Assembly (NCBI GenBank): GCA_032718475.1
Contig: JAUCBJ010007407.1
Span: 17,060 to 81,059, forward strand
Length of the DNA: 64,000 nucleotides
DNA from: Nemertoderma westbladi
Taxonomy: Eukaryota; Animalia; Xenacoelomorpha
Reading direction: 5' to 3'
The notes beneath the pieces are model-generated. The model ran no database searches and was not told the DNA's origin. It saw only the letters and a list, made by a program, of their open reading frames with translations. This document shows, piece by piece, positions 24,859 through 37,060 of the stretch. The translations under genes and the position numbers were made by a program. Positions within the stretch are counted from its first letter, which is position 1; each line of letters starts with the position of its first letter.

Positions 24859-27132
24859 CTTGTTGACAACTGGTCTCAGAATGTCGGCAAATTGTTGGGT
24901 ACTGATCGCGTCCGTTGGTTGTAACGCCCTTTGTATTGGTGTATTTTGTGGAGGATTATCGATAAATTAATTATCTGAACGCTCATGTTTACATTCGTCG
25001 GCCGCTCCTGTTCTAAATACCTCGCATTCCGGGTAATCCGACTCGCTTGAAGTACTACTATCACCTGGATACAGTGGTCGACGTGCTCGTGTCCGTTGCG
25101 TCGTTCGAATTTTAACATTCCGCTTCGGAACATCGTCTACTGGTCTCCGTTGTTCGGTAGGCTCGCAGGTCTTCCTCGAAGTCGTAGATTGCGATGTAAA
25201 CTGGTTAAATGGTCGAGTATCCACTGGTCTCCGTTGTTCGGTAGGCTCGCAGGTCTTCCTCGAAGTCGTAGATTGCGATGTAAACTGGTTAAGCGGTCGC
25301 GTATCCACTGGTCTCCATTGTTCGGTAGGCTCACAGGTCTTCCTCGAAGTCGTAGATTGCGATGTAAACTGAATCGTTGGTCGCGTAATGGCGTTTGAGT
25401 CCAAAGTCCTCGTAGGTCTAAACACAGTTGGGTTTACGTTGTGCGTGACCGGTTTTGGTGTCGACGGTTGACTCACCTGTTTAGTCGTCATTAATGCAGG
25501 TCCGACTAATAAACTACTACGATCCGTTATTGGCGGATTACTTACCTTGACCTTTGGAATAGGCGATGATGTTACTCTCGGCGGTACAAATTTGTCCGGA
25601 ATAACATACCTGTGTTCCATCGCATCATGTATAGGAGATATACTGCCACTACCAGCAATCAAAACAGGTCTTTTATTCGTAATTGGTGCGAACATTGGAG
25701 TTACTTGCGGAAATCGTTGACATAAGTCTTTAACCAATTCCCATTCTCGCTCAGGTGCTCCTACGCTTCCTTCCTTCATTCGTTCCTGAATTTGACGGTG
25801 TCTTACCTCTAACTGGTCTAGATCGTGTCCGTCTCGAGATCTCATCGATCGATCGCGGGCTTGTAGATCCAGATCTTCCTTAGCGTTGGCTAATTCTCTC
25901 GCCTTCTTCTCGAGTTCGAAATGAAGTTTAACTTCCTTCTCGCGTTGTTCCGTCTGTTGTTGTTGCGCCTCGAACTCCGCTAGTCGTATAGCTGATTGAG
26001 CCTTTATTTGCCGTTTTTTCATTTCGGCTCTCGCTTCTGAAACTAGCCTTTGTCGCTCTAACTCGGCCGCTGCCGCCGCCGCCGCCGCTTGTCGCTCTAA
26101 CTCAGCCGCTGCTGCTGCCGCCGCTTGTTGTGCAATGTCCAACTCTAACTTTTCCATCTCGGCTGCTTCCAACTCGGCTTGTTCTTGCAGATGAGAGATT
26201 CTCGCAACATTTGCGACGCGTAGTTTCTCTTCCTCTACAGCTGCTTGTACCGTCAGCAGTTGAGTTTGTTCCTCAATTTCTCGTTGTTGTCTGTAGTACT
26301 GTTGTAGCTGTCGAGAAATTTCTGACGTCGCTATACTTACCTCGCCAATTTTGCTGCGAATACTCACTAATGATTGGTCCAGTATTCCCGGTGCCGGTTC
26401 GATTTGTACGGGTGAAGTTTCCCTCGTATATTCCGGCACGGTTTCCAAATCGCCGACGTCTTCGCCGCACATACGTAAGTGATCCGTCAGATGTTTCAAT
26501 TGTCCATCCAGTCGGTACAGTTCCTGTTCTTCCTCGGGCTGTAATAACTCGTCGGAAACCGACTCACCTAGCAACTGGTCCGCTTGTTCCTGTTGTATCT
26601 GTCTAACGGTCGTCTTAAACTGAATCAGTTTCTCCCTAGCGATCATTAATTTCTCGAGGATTCTAAACTGTGTGTCCATATCCGGTCTCTGTCTAGCTAG
26701 ATCTTGTAGACCAATTAGATTATCTACGGACTAATGTACTTTACTCTGTACTCTAACCTGGAGGGTGTAGAACTCAAACCGAGACATCGGAGCGGTCAAC
26801 TCGTCTAATATGCGTTGGCCTTCTCCAATACTCCTGGTAATATGCGCCATGTATCCTCCGACGCTTCTAACCACACTTTCCTGGCTTCCTACTGAACTTA
26901 CCATGTCCGTTTCTCTATGTCTAGGTTGCGGGACCGTTAGAAAATCCTCAGTCCTGCCGTCGCCTCGTACTACGGCATCCGGTACTCCCGTTGGATGTAC
27001 TGGTGACGCGCACGGAGTAGGTTCGGTAGGCTCATGAGTCTTCCCCTGTGGTTCTTCCGCTTCTGACTTATCCGTGTTACATGAGTCATAGTCGGTTTGT
27101 GTATTCTTCGTATAGTCTTATTTGTCACTCAT
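24859..27132 (-). pseudogene. gag: N-terminal gag extension of C (coiled coil, Ala-rich), in frame with pol but with three in-frame stops
   Basis: ATG at 27132 is in frame with 26679 and 24858. Stops are TAA (codon 5), TAG (~26732) and TAA (24967-24969). Confidence 0.8.
25137..25372 (-). repeat. 84-bp coding tandem repeat, ~3 copies (QFTSQSTTSRKTCEPTEQ.RPVD)
   Basis: Directly visible. Confidence 0.9.
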
Positions 27133-27929
27133 TTCGGTAGTTGTAAGTCAAGTAAAGTGAGTGTCAAAGTATCAAACTTACCGTATTTATATCAAAACGG
27201 TATTAATTACAGTCATATAAAATTAGCCTACCGGCCGATTTTATAGCAGATGGATAAAATTAGCCAAGCGGCCAATTTTACAGCAAATAAATGTCACGGA
27301 ATAAGTATATAATAAAATTAGCCTAGCGGCCAATTTTATAACAAATAAATCGGATAACGATATACGTTATCAAAAGGTAGATTAAATACAATAATACGGA
27401 CTAATTCAGCAATAAACAAAGAAATCGTACGGAATGCATAAATACTTGAGACAGTGGAACCCACAATAATTTTAACTAATACGGTAATGCCTAACTGATT
27501 TATGCAACTTTTCGAACTCACCCCCTCCAATGATTCTCCAGAAAAACAGATTCCCAGATACAAACCGGACGTGAACCTTTCCGTTTCCAGCGTTGCGGAC
27601 GAAGTGCGATTTTCCCAACCAAAGTTGTTGAGTTATCTATCTCCCAAACTTGCTAAACACGGTCTTGCTCTCGTTACAGTCTAGAAATGAGCTCTGAATC
27701 CTGAAAAACAAAAGAGTTAGGTTTTACTTTACAAAAATTTTGTACCGGTACAATATGGTATTTAAACCCTTTTTGAACACCGGTATTCAATTCCAAATAT
27801 TTTACACGCGGTTCAAATCAAAATTTTTATTTCAAAATATTAGCACTTAGCTTATCAAATATAAACTTTTACCTCAAAATACAAAATTTTCAAATAACTT
27901 TAGTCCTACCGAACCGTAGTTCAGTAAAA

Positions 27930-27940
27930 CATATTCCTAC
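27930..27940 (-). other. Non-tRNA primer-binding site of C (GTAGGAATATG), complementary to LTR 28967-28977
   Basis: Flush with the 5' LTR end; exact 11-nt inverted match in the LTR. Confidence 0.8.
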
Positions 27941-29823
27941 TATGCGAAGAGACAGTAACAAAATACCCTGCAATATCCTACTGTAAAGTTTGTGAATCAA
28001 ATCATAAATCCGACCTTCTCACCAAAACAATAAACTCTAAGTAAGCGAATATATATATTGCAGTATTTTGTCTCTTATAACCGGTGAGGCAGAAAACAGT
28101 CTACGAACGGACAAACTTCGATAAAACAAAATCCCGCGCAGCGAATCCTAAAATTAGGCTGACTCACTGACGGACTAAGGGCGCTCGTATACCTTGCCGC
28201 GGTGTGATTTATATGGTTGGGATAGAGAAATGCTAGCTAGGTGCAGAGATGTCTAACTAGCGGGCAAAGCGCAGTACAGACAAAAGTTAATTTTATATAT
28301 TTTGAGGTGTAAATAATTTCTAACGCGCGTGTGTCTTGATTCTAAACAGTCAAAGTCAGTTTTGCTCCTTCACATATATAATTACTGGGTCCGGTGTGCA
28401 TTTTACAAATATTCTAATTTTGTAACTTGTAGGTCCAATACTCACGAATGATAAGGCTCCTTCCCCTTTCGTGTATTTCCAGGACTCAAATTCAGGCATA
28501 AGGTTAATACTACGCCCAGAATTCGGCAATTTAATTTACCAGGTCCCTAATACTAAGAAGAAATGTGTTAGTTTACTACAGTAGGCGTACAGTTACTAAT
28601 AGCTAGCCTGGTTTTCTTATCTAGAATTTTGGTTGCCTAGATGAGCAGGGCAACTTCCTAACAGAATGTTGGCGGGGACACGGTAGATGTTAGTATCCCT
28701 AATAGCCTCAATTTATTTTGCGCCTAGTTGTAAACTGCCCTACCGCCTGAATGGTACAATCCTAATTCAGGTAAAACACAGTAACCCTTCTGGCCTACAA
28801 GTTCTAATGCAATGGACACCGTTGTACTACAAACAGTCGCCGACGCACCTATACTTAGCAAGAGTTAGGCGTACAGTTTGCTGCACCCTACCAATGTGTA
28901 TGCCTTGTACCGGTGTGCCTGCGTCCTATCTGTGTACTAGAATCTCTGCCTGATCTCCTCTCCCCCGTAGGAATATGAAGGTCTACTGCGGGTTTTTCTC
29001 TGAATTAAGACAGTACGGTCCCTAGATGTAATTTTTTAGCGCACAGCGTGTCACTACCTCTACCTTCGATCTTTGGTCTTACACTTAGGTAGCAAGGCAT
29101 TGAACGCTGTCTAACCTTCAGGCGATGGGCGAATAACTCAAGAATGATATTGCGGGTTGTCTCCTCCTACATTCCTCAGATGTTCCCGTTCATTGCTGGG
29201 GTCCGATGTTTAGCCTGCCATCCTGTCCCTTAGTTGGGTTCACCGTGGTGAAGCATAGTAAAACAGATAGGAAAAGGGCAGATGTAACAAGTATTTCTAA
29301 CTTTTATTACAGAATTAAACAATAACTATTATACAATAAATGTAACAAGAGTGAAGATAGATAGATAGAAAGAGATAACTAATGAACGAAATCGCACCTT
29401 TTATAGCAAATTTGTGCTGCAATCAATCGAGAAAATTCTCGATTGTTCTATGAGTTCTAATAGGTTTTTAAAGATAACTATTGGTCCAGCCAATATATAA
29501 CTTGCACGACATTGGTTACTATCTAATAACTGCAATCCCATTGGTTAATCTACTTCGAGCAAATGCAATTTAATGCGGTTAATTTAAATGAGTTGAAACT
29601 CTGCACAAAAAATAATTCGCACCTACAAGGATTCGAACTCAATACCTACTACATATAATTTCCAACGCTTTACCGACTGAGCTACTGAACCACTTGAATA
29701 ATCATCGTACAAATAGATATAGTAAATACAAATGAGGACTTAATGTAGTCTTTTATAGCAAAGTTAATTCGAACAAAATAAAATTTTGAAAATCCACGGC
29801 ATTTATGAGAATATAATTCTATA
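27941..29823 (-). repeat. 5' LTR of element C
   Basis: About 13 substitutions and one 5-bp indel relative to the 3' LTR (counted by eye). Confidence 0.95.
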
Positions 29824-30492
29824 TTAACTTTTAAAAATAATTTTAGTCATGTTCAATGAATCATTAATACAAGGAATTCCAAATAATGAAGTGCTACGGC
29901 TACCATAGTACTGGCATTACTAACGAGCTGACACGCCGTCTTCAGGGAGTGGAGTTTCAATACTGGAGTTACTCAACATAGTACTGGCATGGCCTACTAC
30001 TGTATATATACGGCCTAACATGTTGTCGATTTGGCCTTAAAAAAAGAGGCAGGTATTTTTTACACTATTTTGATATTTTGATATGGGGAGAGTTCTATAA
30101 ATTTTCATTTGCTGCAATTTACTCAATGGACGTAATTGAAGTCTCTTCGTTAAGCAAGATACTAAATTTTATGGTAGCTAGTGTTTTAGATAGGTTTAGC
30201 TAGTAATTTCGACACTGGTTCCGATATCCTACTTCCTTCTATAAATATTTTGTAGTAGCTAGTTCTTATTACTATTTGTATAGAAAATGTTCCAGAGCAA
30301 GTTAGCTATTCATTTTAAGAAAAAATCACGTTCTAGAACGAATATTTTTTGTTCTAGAACATTTTTTAGAAAAAAATCTAGATTCTATTTGAAACGCATG
30401 TAATCGTTCTAAAACGTGTTTAAAATCAATAAAAAAAAAATTTCAAAATTTTAATTTTGACCATTCCAATCTGTCTCCACCGATCTATTCAC

Positions 30493-32543
30493 TACTAGGA
30501 TCGGCATGCTGCATTGCAGCTGCATTTTTAAGAATGCTGTGCCGGCTTGTCAACAAAATTGCACCGCCACAACTCCCTATCACCCATGACATTTGCTAGA
30601 TCATCCGCATCTTTAAGGCCAGTGTCCTTTAAGATGCGTCTCAAGAAAGTCATGGGCTGTCCACCATGCTTATTCACTCCATGAGGCTGCCAAAGTACAA
30701 GATTATGCACTGGCTGATCCTCACGGCGAAAGCAATGTCCTGCAAAGCGGAGGCGATTTTGTTCTAGTGTCAAGCTTGGGGGAACCAATGAGACACCTCC
30801 AATGTTATATAGTGTCTGGTTGGATATGTGTGCATTGTACTTGACACAATGAACCCGGCGTAGCATTCTTGTGAATGTGCCATCCAGAGATTTGGTGTCC
30901 TCAGCAGTTAGAGCCCAGCATGGACTCCCGTAGAGGAGTACTGGAACTACTGCTGCTCTAAATAATCGGACCTTAAGTTTCCGATTAATTCTCGGTGACT
31001 TCCAAATCCTGGAAAGCCTATTCAAGGCTGCCCATGCCTTTCCCTTACGTATTCGAAGGTCCTTGAACATCCTTACGTATTCTGACTTCCGGATCCATGA
31101 TCCCAGGTAACAGAAGTCGTCCACATGCTCAAGCATACCATCCTTTGAGCTTATGCTCATCCGATCAGAGACTTGCTGAGGACTTTCAAAGTTAACTGTC
31201 AGAATTTTGGTCTTTCTGGAGTTAATAAAAAGACCAACACTAGAAGCAGCATGTTCTAATGAGCTGAGGAGCCGTTGGGCTCCCTCTAATGATTCTGAGA
31301 GTACTCCTAAGTCATCAGCAAAGTCTAGATCAGTTAGGTACTTGGCAGGATTTCCTCGACTTCTGGAGCCAGTAGGTGGAGTTATCATCACACCATCATC
31401 ATTATAATGATCTAAGGACATGCGTAGAACATAGTCAACCACAATAATGAACAAGAATGGTGCAAGTGTGTCTCCTTGGAGGACGCCCCATAACACTTCA
31501 AATGGTTCTGTGTCACCGTCAACAGTAGACACAAATGTTGTCGAACCATCGTATACTGATCTGATTGCTGCAATAATTTCATCAGGAATCCCATATAATG
31601 AAAGTATGCTGAACATACATGAGCGAGAGACTGAATCAAAGGCCTTGAAGAAGTCAACAAAGATAACAGTCAGATGCCTGTCTTTCTTTTTTGATAACTC
31701 TTCAATTATCCTTCTAAGTGCCAAAATGGGCTCCATGGTCCCACGACCTTTACGGAACCCATTCTGATTTCCACGGAGCAGTCTCTCAATGGGATCCCTG
31801 ATGCGATTTAATAGAATCCTATTGTATAGCTTTGCAGCAATCGAGATCAATGAGATTCCCCGAAAAGAACCATAGAGTGTTAGGTTGCCCTTCTTGGGAA
31901 CTGGCACCAACTTATTTGTTTTCATTTCTTGTGGGACTCTTGTTGTTCGGTACATGTCTACTATGATGGGATAGATGAGCTTTAAACACTCAGGTATTTT
32001 AAAGACCTCAGGGGGAACACCATCTACTCCACTGGCACGATTGGTCTTAATGCTCTTTGCAGCAGCCTTCACTTCTGCAAAAGAGATATCGCCAATGGGA
32101 ATATCTGGGAGTACAGACTCAGACACTTTTACTTCTATAAAGTTATCAGGCAATACCCTGTCATTATTGAGGAGCTTTTCAAAGTGGGCTTTCCAACCAT
32201 TGAGGCGATCGGCCGGTGATTCAGCCTTAACCTTGGTGGTTGGTTGGCTTTTCCGCCCAGTAAGCAGATTGATCGATTTCCATGCCTGGGATGATTGCCT
32301 GCTGTCGTCAACCTGTTGGTTTATTAGCTCCTGTAGATTAGCAGAGTACTGCCTGTTCAGGGACCTAGATGCAGCCTTAACTGCATTCTTGGCCGCTGTA
32401 GTCTGTTTGAGTCGGGACTCTTTCTGCGCCTTATGAAGGTCATTTCGGCACTTCTGAATTTTGTTGTCAGTCCAGGGGGCCCTTTTCCTGTTTCGAGGGT
32501 ATACAGGAACTGTTTCTGCAGCTGCTAACTTAACTGCTTCACT
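30493..32543 (-). mobile_element. 5'-truncated RTE-clade LINE with 11-bp TSD GATCTATTCAC
   Basis: TSD at 30482-30492 and 32544-32554; contains an RT ORF. Confidence 0.92.
30528..32153 (-). CDS. Non-LTR reverse transcriptase (RTE-like); frame continues upstream toward the truncation point
   Basis: QNGFRKGR, DFFKAFDSV, GVLQGDTLAP, LDFADD, RLRFAGHC. Confidence 0.92.
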   Translation of the reverse strand: MPDNFIEVKVSESVLPDIPIGDISFAEVKAAAKSIKTNRASGVDGVPPEVFKIPECLKLIYPIIVDMYRTTRVPQEMKTNKLVPVPKKGNLTLYGSFRGISLISIAAKLYNRILLNRIRDPIERLLRGNQNGFRKGRGTMEPILALRRIIEELSKKKDRHLTVIFVDFFKAFDSVSRSCMFSILSLYGIPDEIIAAIRSVYDGSTTFVSTVDGDTEPFEVLWGVLQGDTLAPFLFIIVVDYVLRMSLDHYNDDGVMITPPTGSRSRGNPAKYLTDLDFADDLGVLSESLEGAQRLLSSLEHAASSVGLFINSRKTKILTVNFESPQQVSDRMSISSKDGMLEHVDDFCYLGSWIRKSEYVRMFKDLRIRKGKAWAALNRLSRIWKSPRINRKLKVRLFRAAVVPVLLYGSPCWALTAEDTKSLDGTFTRMLRRVHCVKYNAHISNQTLYNIGGVSLVPPSLTLEQNRLRFAGHCFRREDQPVHNLVLWQPHGVNKHGGQPMTFLRRILKDTGLKDADDLANVMGDRELWRCNFVDKPAQHS

Positions 32544-32555
32544 GATCTATTCACG

Positions 32556-33068
32556 GTGGGGGGTAAACATTTCATGGTTTACACGGACCGCCTATCGGGA
32601 TACCCCATGGCCCACCAATGGCGGGACGACCCCACAGCGCAACAGTGTGCGTTTGTTATTCGCAAATGGTTTGTGGATCTGGGAGTCCCGACTATACTCC
32701 GGTCAGACCGTGGTCCTCAGTTTGCGGCTGCTAGTTTCGGGAAGTTTCTAAACCGTTGGGGTGTTGCTTCGCAACCCAGTACTCCACACTTCCCAAGCAG
32801 CAACGGACACGCGGAAACAAGCGTCAAACAGATAAAACATCTGCTCAAAGAAATTCCTCATCCAGACATTAATTCAGAGGAATTCCAAGAGGGACTCCTT
32901 GAAATGAAGAACACACATCGCGAAGCGGGATTGTCACCAAGCGAGATTGTATTCGGGCGACAATTACGCACTCGGGTTCCGGCGCACCACAACCGGTACG
33001 CGCCGCAATGGCGAGGACGCGCCGATGAAGCCGACCAGAAAGCGGAAAGCAGAAAGTTGGCGAGGTAG
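32556..33068 (+). pseudogene. Gypsy integrase core fragment
   Basis: DDE core: SDRGPQF, PSSNGHAETSVK, SPSEIVFGRQLRT. Confidence 0.85.
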
Positions 33069-33275
33069 TAGGAGTAGAACTCGACGAGATTATCGAATTA
33101 AATTCCCATCAGGGCGGTCTTGGTGGCTAAATCGCCGTTTTATCAGAGTATACCACGAACCGAACTTCCTAGTACAAGAACCCAATAGTATAGGCCGGGA
33201 AACGGATAGTAAATCGGGAAACAGTAATAATCAAAGTGGAACTAATTTTGTACCAGAACCAAGACGTAGCCTTAA

Positions 33276-33776
33276 CCCTATCCATACCGGGGGGGGGGGG
33301 GGGGGGAACTTTTGGAGACGCACTTTATTTGATTGCTTGGTTCAAAGCCAAACCACATTTATTGCAAGTGAAATTCCGTTACTTTTCCTAAAATTTATTA
33401 TTCTTTATCTTAAAACAAAAATTAATTTTCATATTATTATTTATGACCATTAAAAAGACACGTAAACTGACCTGTCTCTGAAACTGTCATATTATTGCTG
33501 AACTATTGTAGGAGGGAAATTTAAAATTCAATCAATTTAATATAAATTTAAAATCAATTTAAACATAATTATAGGATATAAATATTATATTTGAGCATTA
33601 GTGTGTGGCATATTTGAAAAGAGGAATACATTTTGTATCTAAAACTTTTTACTTTAAAGTAATATCATCACACCACACAAAGTTATATGCTTCCAAACTT
33701 TACGTCCCCAAAAGTCCCCCCCCCCCCCCCCCCCCCTGGTAGTTTGAGCGTCTAAAGTACCCCGGTATGGATAGGG
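33276..33776. mobile_element. piggyBac-type MITE
   Basis: TTAA on both flanks and TIR CCCTATCCATACCGGG; inserted at the end of the Gypsy pol. Confidence 0.9.
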
Positions 33777-36700
33777 TTAAGGAGCGTAAAGAAACTGTAC
33801 ATTTCGGGTCTACAACAGTTCATTTTATAGAAAAAAATAGCAAAAAATTGTAAATGAGAAATTAAGTGAGATAAATTGATATCCAACAATTGTAAACATT
33901 GGATTTCAAAACTGAAAGTAACTTAATATAAAATACATATAACTATTCGTATGAGGTACGATCGCAATAGGCATTTTTAAAATGGGCAAGATTAGCCTAT
34001 TTCGATCGCGAAGGGAAAGGGAGATGGAATAGACCCATCAATATTGTATATTGTTGTATGTTGGTGGTGTTATTTGTTATTGTTATTACCATACTCTAGT
34101 GCCCTGTTACATGGCCTATATTTCATATACTTATTGTATGCCTAGACATCGGCCTAGTACAGACTTCAGCACACAGTGTACAGGTGTATAGTGCTGCATG
34201 CAGTAGTGCAGTAGCGCACTACATGCTGACACCTTGTCAGCATCTATATTTAGGAGCCCGCTTGACAGCGGGATACTTACTGTAAGAATCTTCAGGATAC
34301 ATTACATTGACTGACATACTGACTGACTGATAATTATCTAGGTTAAGGCACTTCCTGCCTGGCGATTTTGATGAAATTTTGCAAGTACATTGCTTTTGAG
34401 GTTCATAATCGCGTTACAAAATTTCAGATCGATTCTATGTGTGGTATTCGATATATTTAGTTTTTTGACATTGTTTTGTCGCGAAATTAAAAGCAATGGT
34501 AAAATAACAGCTGGTGTTCATGATGAAATATGGCTTAATATGTTATACACAGTCATAGAAAAACGTGTTGGTTGCCAAGTTTTACTAGTACAGTAGGCTA
34601 TAAGGAAAGGCAATGTTTACTCACACATAAGCTGTTGGTTTCTAATGTATTACCCCATAAGCTGATTGCTCTCCCAGTGCTTCCTAAGGGTATATCTACA
34701 ATGAGGTTACTCACTCTGCTATGTTAGGGGGTGGATCAGGAGAATGAATTTTAGTTACACAAAGCAGTGTGTTGTGTCCTATTGCAGTCGATACTCACTG
34801 TGGATTGCAAAATGTTTTATAGTTGACCTACACTATAATACAGTAGTTGCATGTATTTAAGGAGCCCGCTCTGGCCTACTGCCTAACTTAGCAGTAATAC
34901 CTATATTACATATACACATATTAAAAATATTCTTATTTTTTTTATTACATACGATTTTTTAGCTGAAACGATTTTTTAGCTGAAGTATTAATAGTGTAAA
35001 TTAATTTAATTATATTTTAATACCATTACTACATTGGCATACTGTAAGATAAGTTTTAATATTTCTTACAAATAGTGGTGCGAGCATAAATCAAATCACG
35101 CAAATTTAAAAGAACCGGGTGTGTTGTCATAGCAAAGTTTCAGTTTTTATTATGTGGGACGAGCCACAAAGTACTGCTGAGAAAGACTGAAAGGTTCAAA
35201 GACTGTATGTCAACAATGTTATTATTATTATAGTCTGCGCCACAAACAGAATATGCCAAATAATTAAATTAGCAATATAAATTTCAGAAAAATAGCTATC
35301 GGACTTGGCTGAAGAAATCGAATTATAATCCACTTAGTTTGTTATATTGATGATATTATTACTCTCTGGGAATGTGTTGGAATGGGAGATTGTAAATTAT
35401 TATTGAACAGTAAATATTACATATCCCATAAAAGTCGTCATAATTAATTGTGTAGAAAAAACAATTGTTCACCTTCTCGTTTAGATTAATTAGTAAATAA
35501 ATAAATTAGTTTAGTAGGCCGATTGTATGGTTGTTTAATTTGCGTTATTATTTTTCGCCGCGACCTAGACTTCTATTAATTGTTAAATCTAATGGTTTTC
35601 AAAAAGAAAGGTAACCGTACCTGTACTGGTAAATCTAACTTGTTATTTATCTGGTTGTGAATCATGGGCATTTTCTTATAAATATTCGGTTGTTAGTGGC
35701 AGCAAAGTTTCATTTTTTATTATATATGTGGGGCAAGCCACAAAGTCAGCTATGTATCATCACACCATTTAGACAATTGTTTAGTTTAGTATTGGCTAGG
35801 ATTCTTCCCCCCGGGCTCCTTCCAGCCAGCTTGCTGGCTCTCTAGTTCATACATATACTTATTGACATACTTATAATATATACTTATTTATATTCAATAT
35901 ATGATTGTTTACATGGATTAATATTATCCCCTCGGGAGTTCAGCCAGACATGAGCTAATACAGTTATACCAAATAGTGCGTCTATTTGAGTAAACACCAT
36001 GCCGCCTCTTCCATTTCTAGTATAAGGGATTAAATTCGGCTGACAGGATGTACATTTAAATGTTGAATTAAACCAAAACTAATAATGGGTGATAGTTGAT
36101 ATTCACACAAGTCCAACTAATAATTATCAAACAATTCTCCATGCGAATTTTCAAGGCTAAATAAGCTTGTAGAGATTTCTTTAATTTCATGTTTTATTAC
36201 GATTGAACTCAACAAAACTCAATGTAGTTACAAAATTTCGAATATTTTAAATTAAAAAAACGCCGGGAATATGTTTAGTATACAGTATGTGAGTAGTCCA
36301 TAATAACTTCGATTTAGCAAATACCAATCATTGATAGATAAATAATTTGTAGTTCAAATATACCTTAAAATGAAATTTTGCTGAAATTTTTGTGAAATGA
36401 AAAGTGCTGGTTACCTATCTCTACAAATCGGGTGATTCATAATTCTTTGCTACGTGTCTAATTATTAATTAAACTAATCATTAGTCTCATTTTAACCGTC
36501 TTCCTAGCATGTAGACCAACGATAATGACAATAATGTAACTATTAATTTTCGCCAAATTCGAAAATAAAGTGGCTCTAAAAAATTTTCTACTGCTTCATT
36601 AGGTGCCAAACGTCAACCACTCGTTATATAACATATTTTGAACATTTTCACAAAATATTTTTGAAATCTGCGATATAGTGCCACACCGATTTGTTGTTGT

Positions 36701-37060
36701 TGCATGGAATGAGCCTGCAGTGGAAATCTAAAACGTCTCGCAGGAGGTTTTGTGTTACAAGTCAGTCATGGATGGATCAAAACGACTTCGTAACCTTCCT
36801 ACAAGCAGTTGTTTGTCTGTACCACGGAATAGGCCTTGATAGTCAACATTTTCAACGTTTATAGTACACATGTGGAGCATAGTATATATTACTTACATAC
36901 TGTAATATATGGCACGCAACGTGCCGACTACGTGATGTTTGTGCATAATTCACTGCCTAATACTGTCACAAACTTCCTTTTAACACGATGTTTCGCACTG
37001 TTATAAATGCAGCATTTCCTCTTTCATAAAACTTGTCATTTTCATTAAATGTCCCTTGAT

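Larger units (their letters stand above)
13365..29823 (-). mobile_element. Full-length BEL/Pao LTR retrotransposon C (16.5 kb)
   Basis: Two ~1.9-kb direct repeats about 99% identical, 5-bp TSD TTAAC (13360-13364 and 29824-29828), gag-pro-RT-RH-IN order. Confidence 0.97.
30461..34024 (+). mobile_element. Gypsy-type integrase/3' fragment, interrupted by an RTE LINE and a MITE
   Basis: PFQSVSTDLFT (30461) rejoins VGGKHFMVYTDRLSGYP...SDRGPQF...SNGHAE (32555+). PPT GAAGGGAAAGGGAGA is followed by TG at 34025. Confidence 0.85.

Noticed and set aside
24967-24969. Alternative genetic code (TAA/TAG = Gln)
   Set aside because: Long ORFs of up to 2136 aa have many CAA/CAG codons and end at TAA, TAG or TGA; in-frame stops are too rare for reassignment.
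35130-35745. ~40-bp motif (AGCAAAGTTTCA...AGCCACAAAGT) occurring twice
   Set aside because: Too short and without boundaries to classify.
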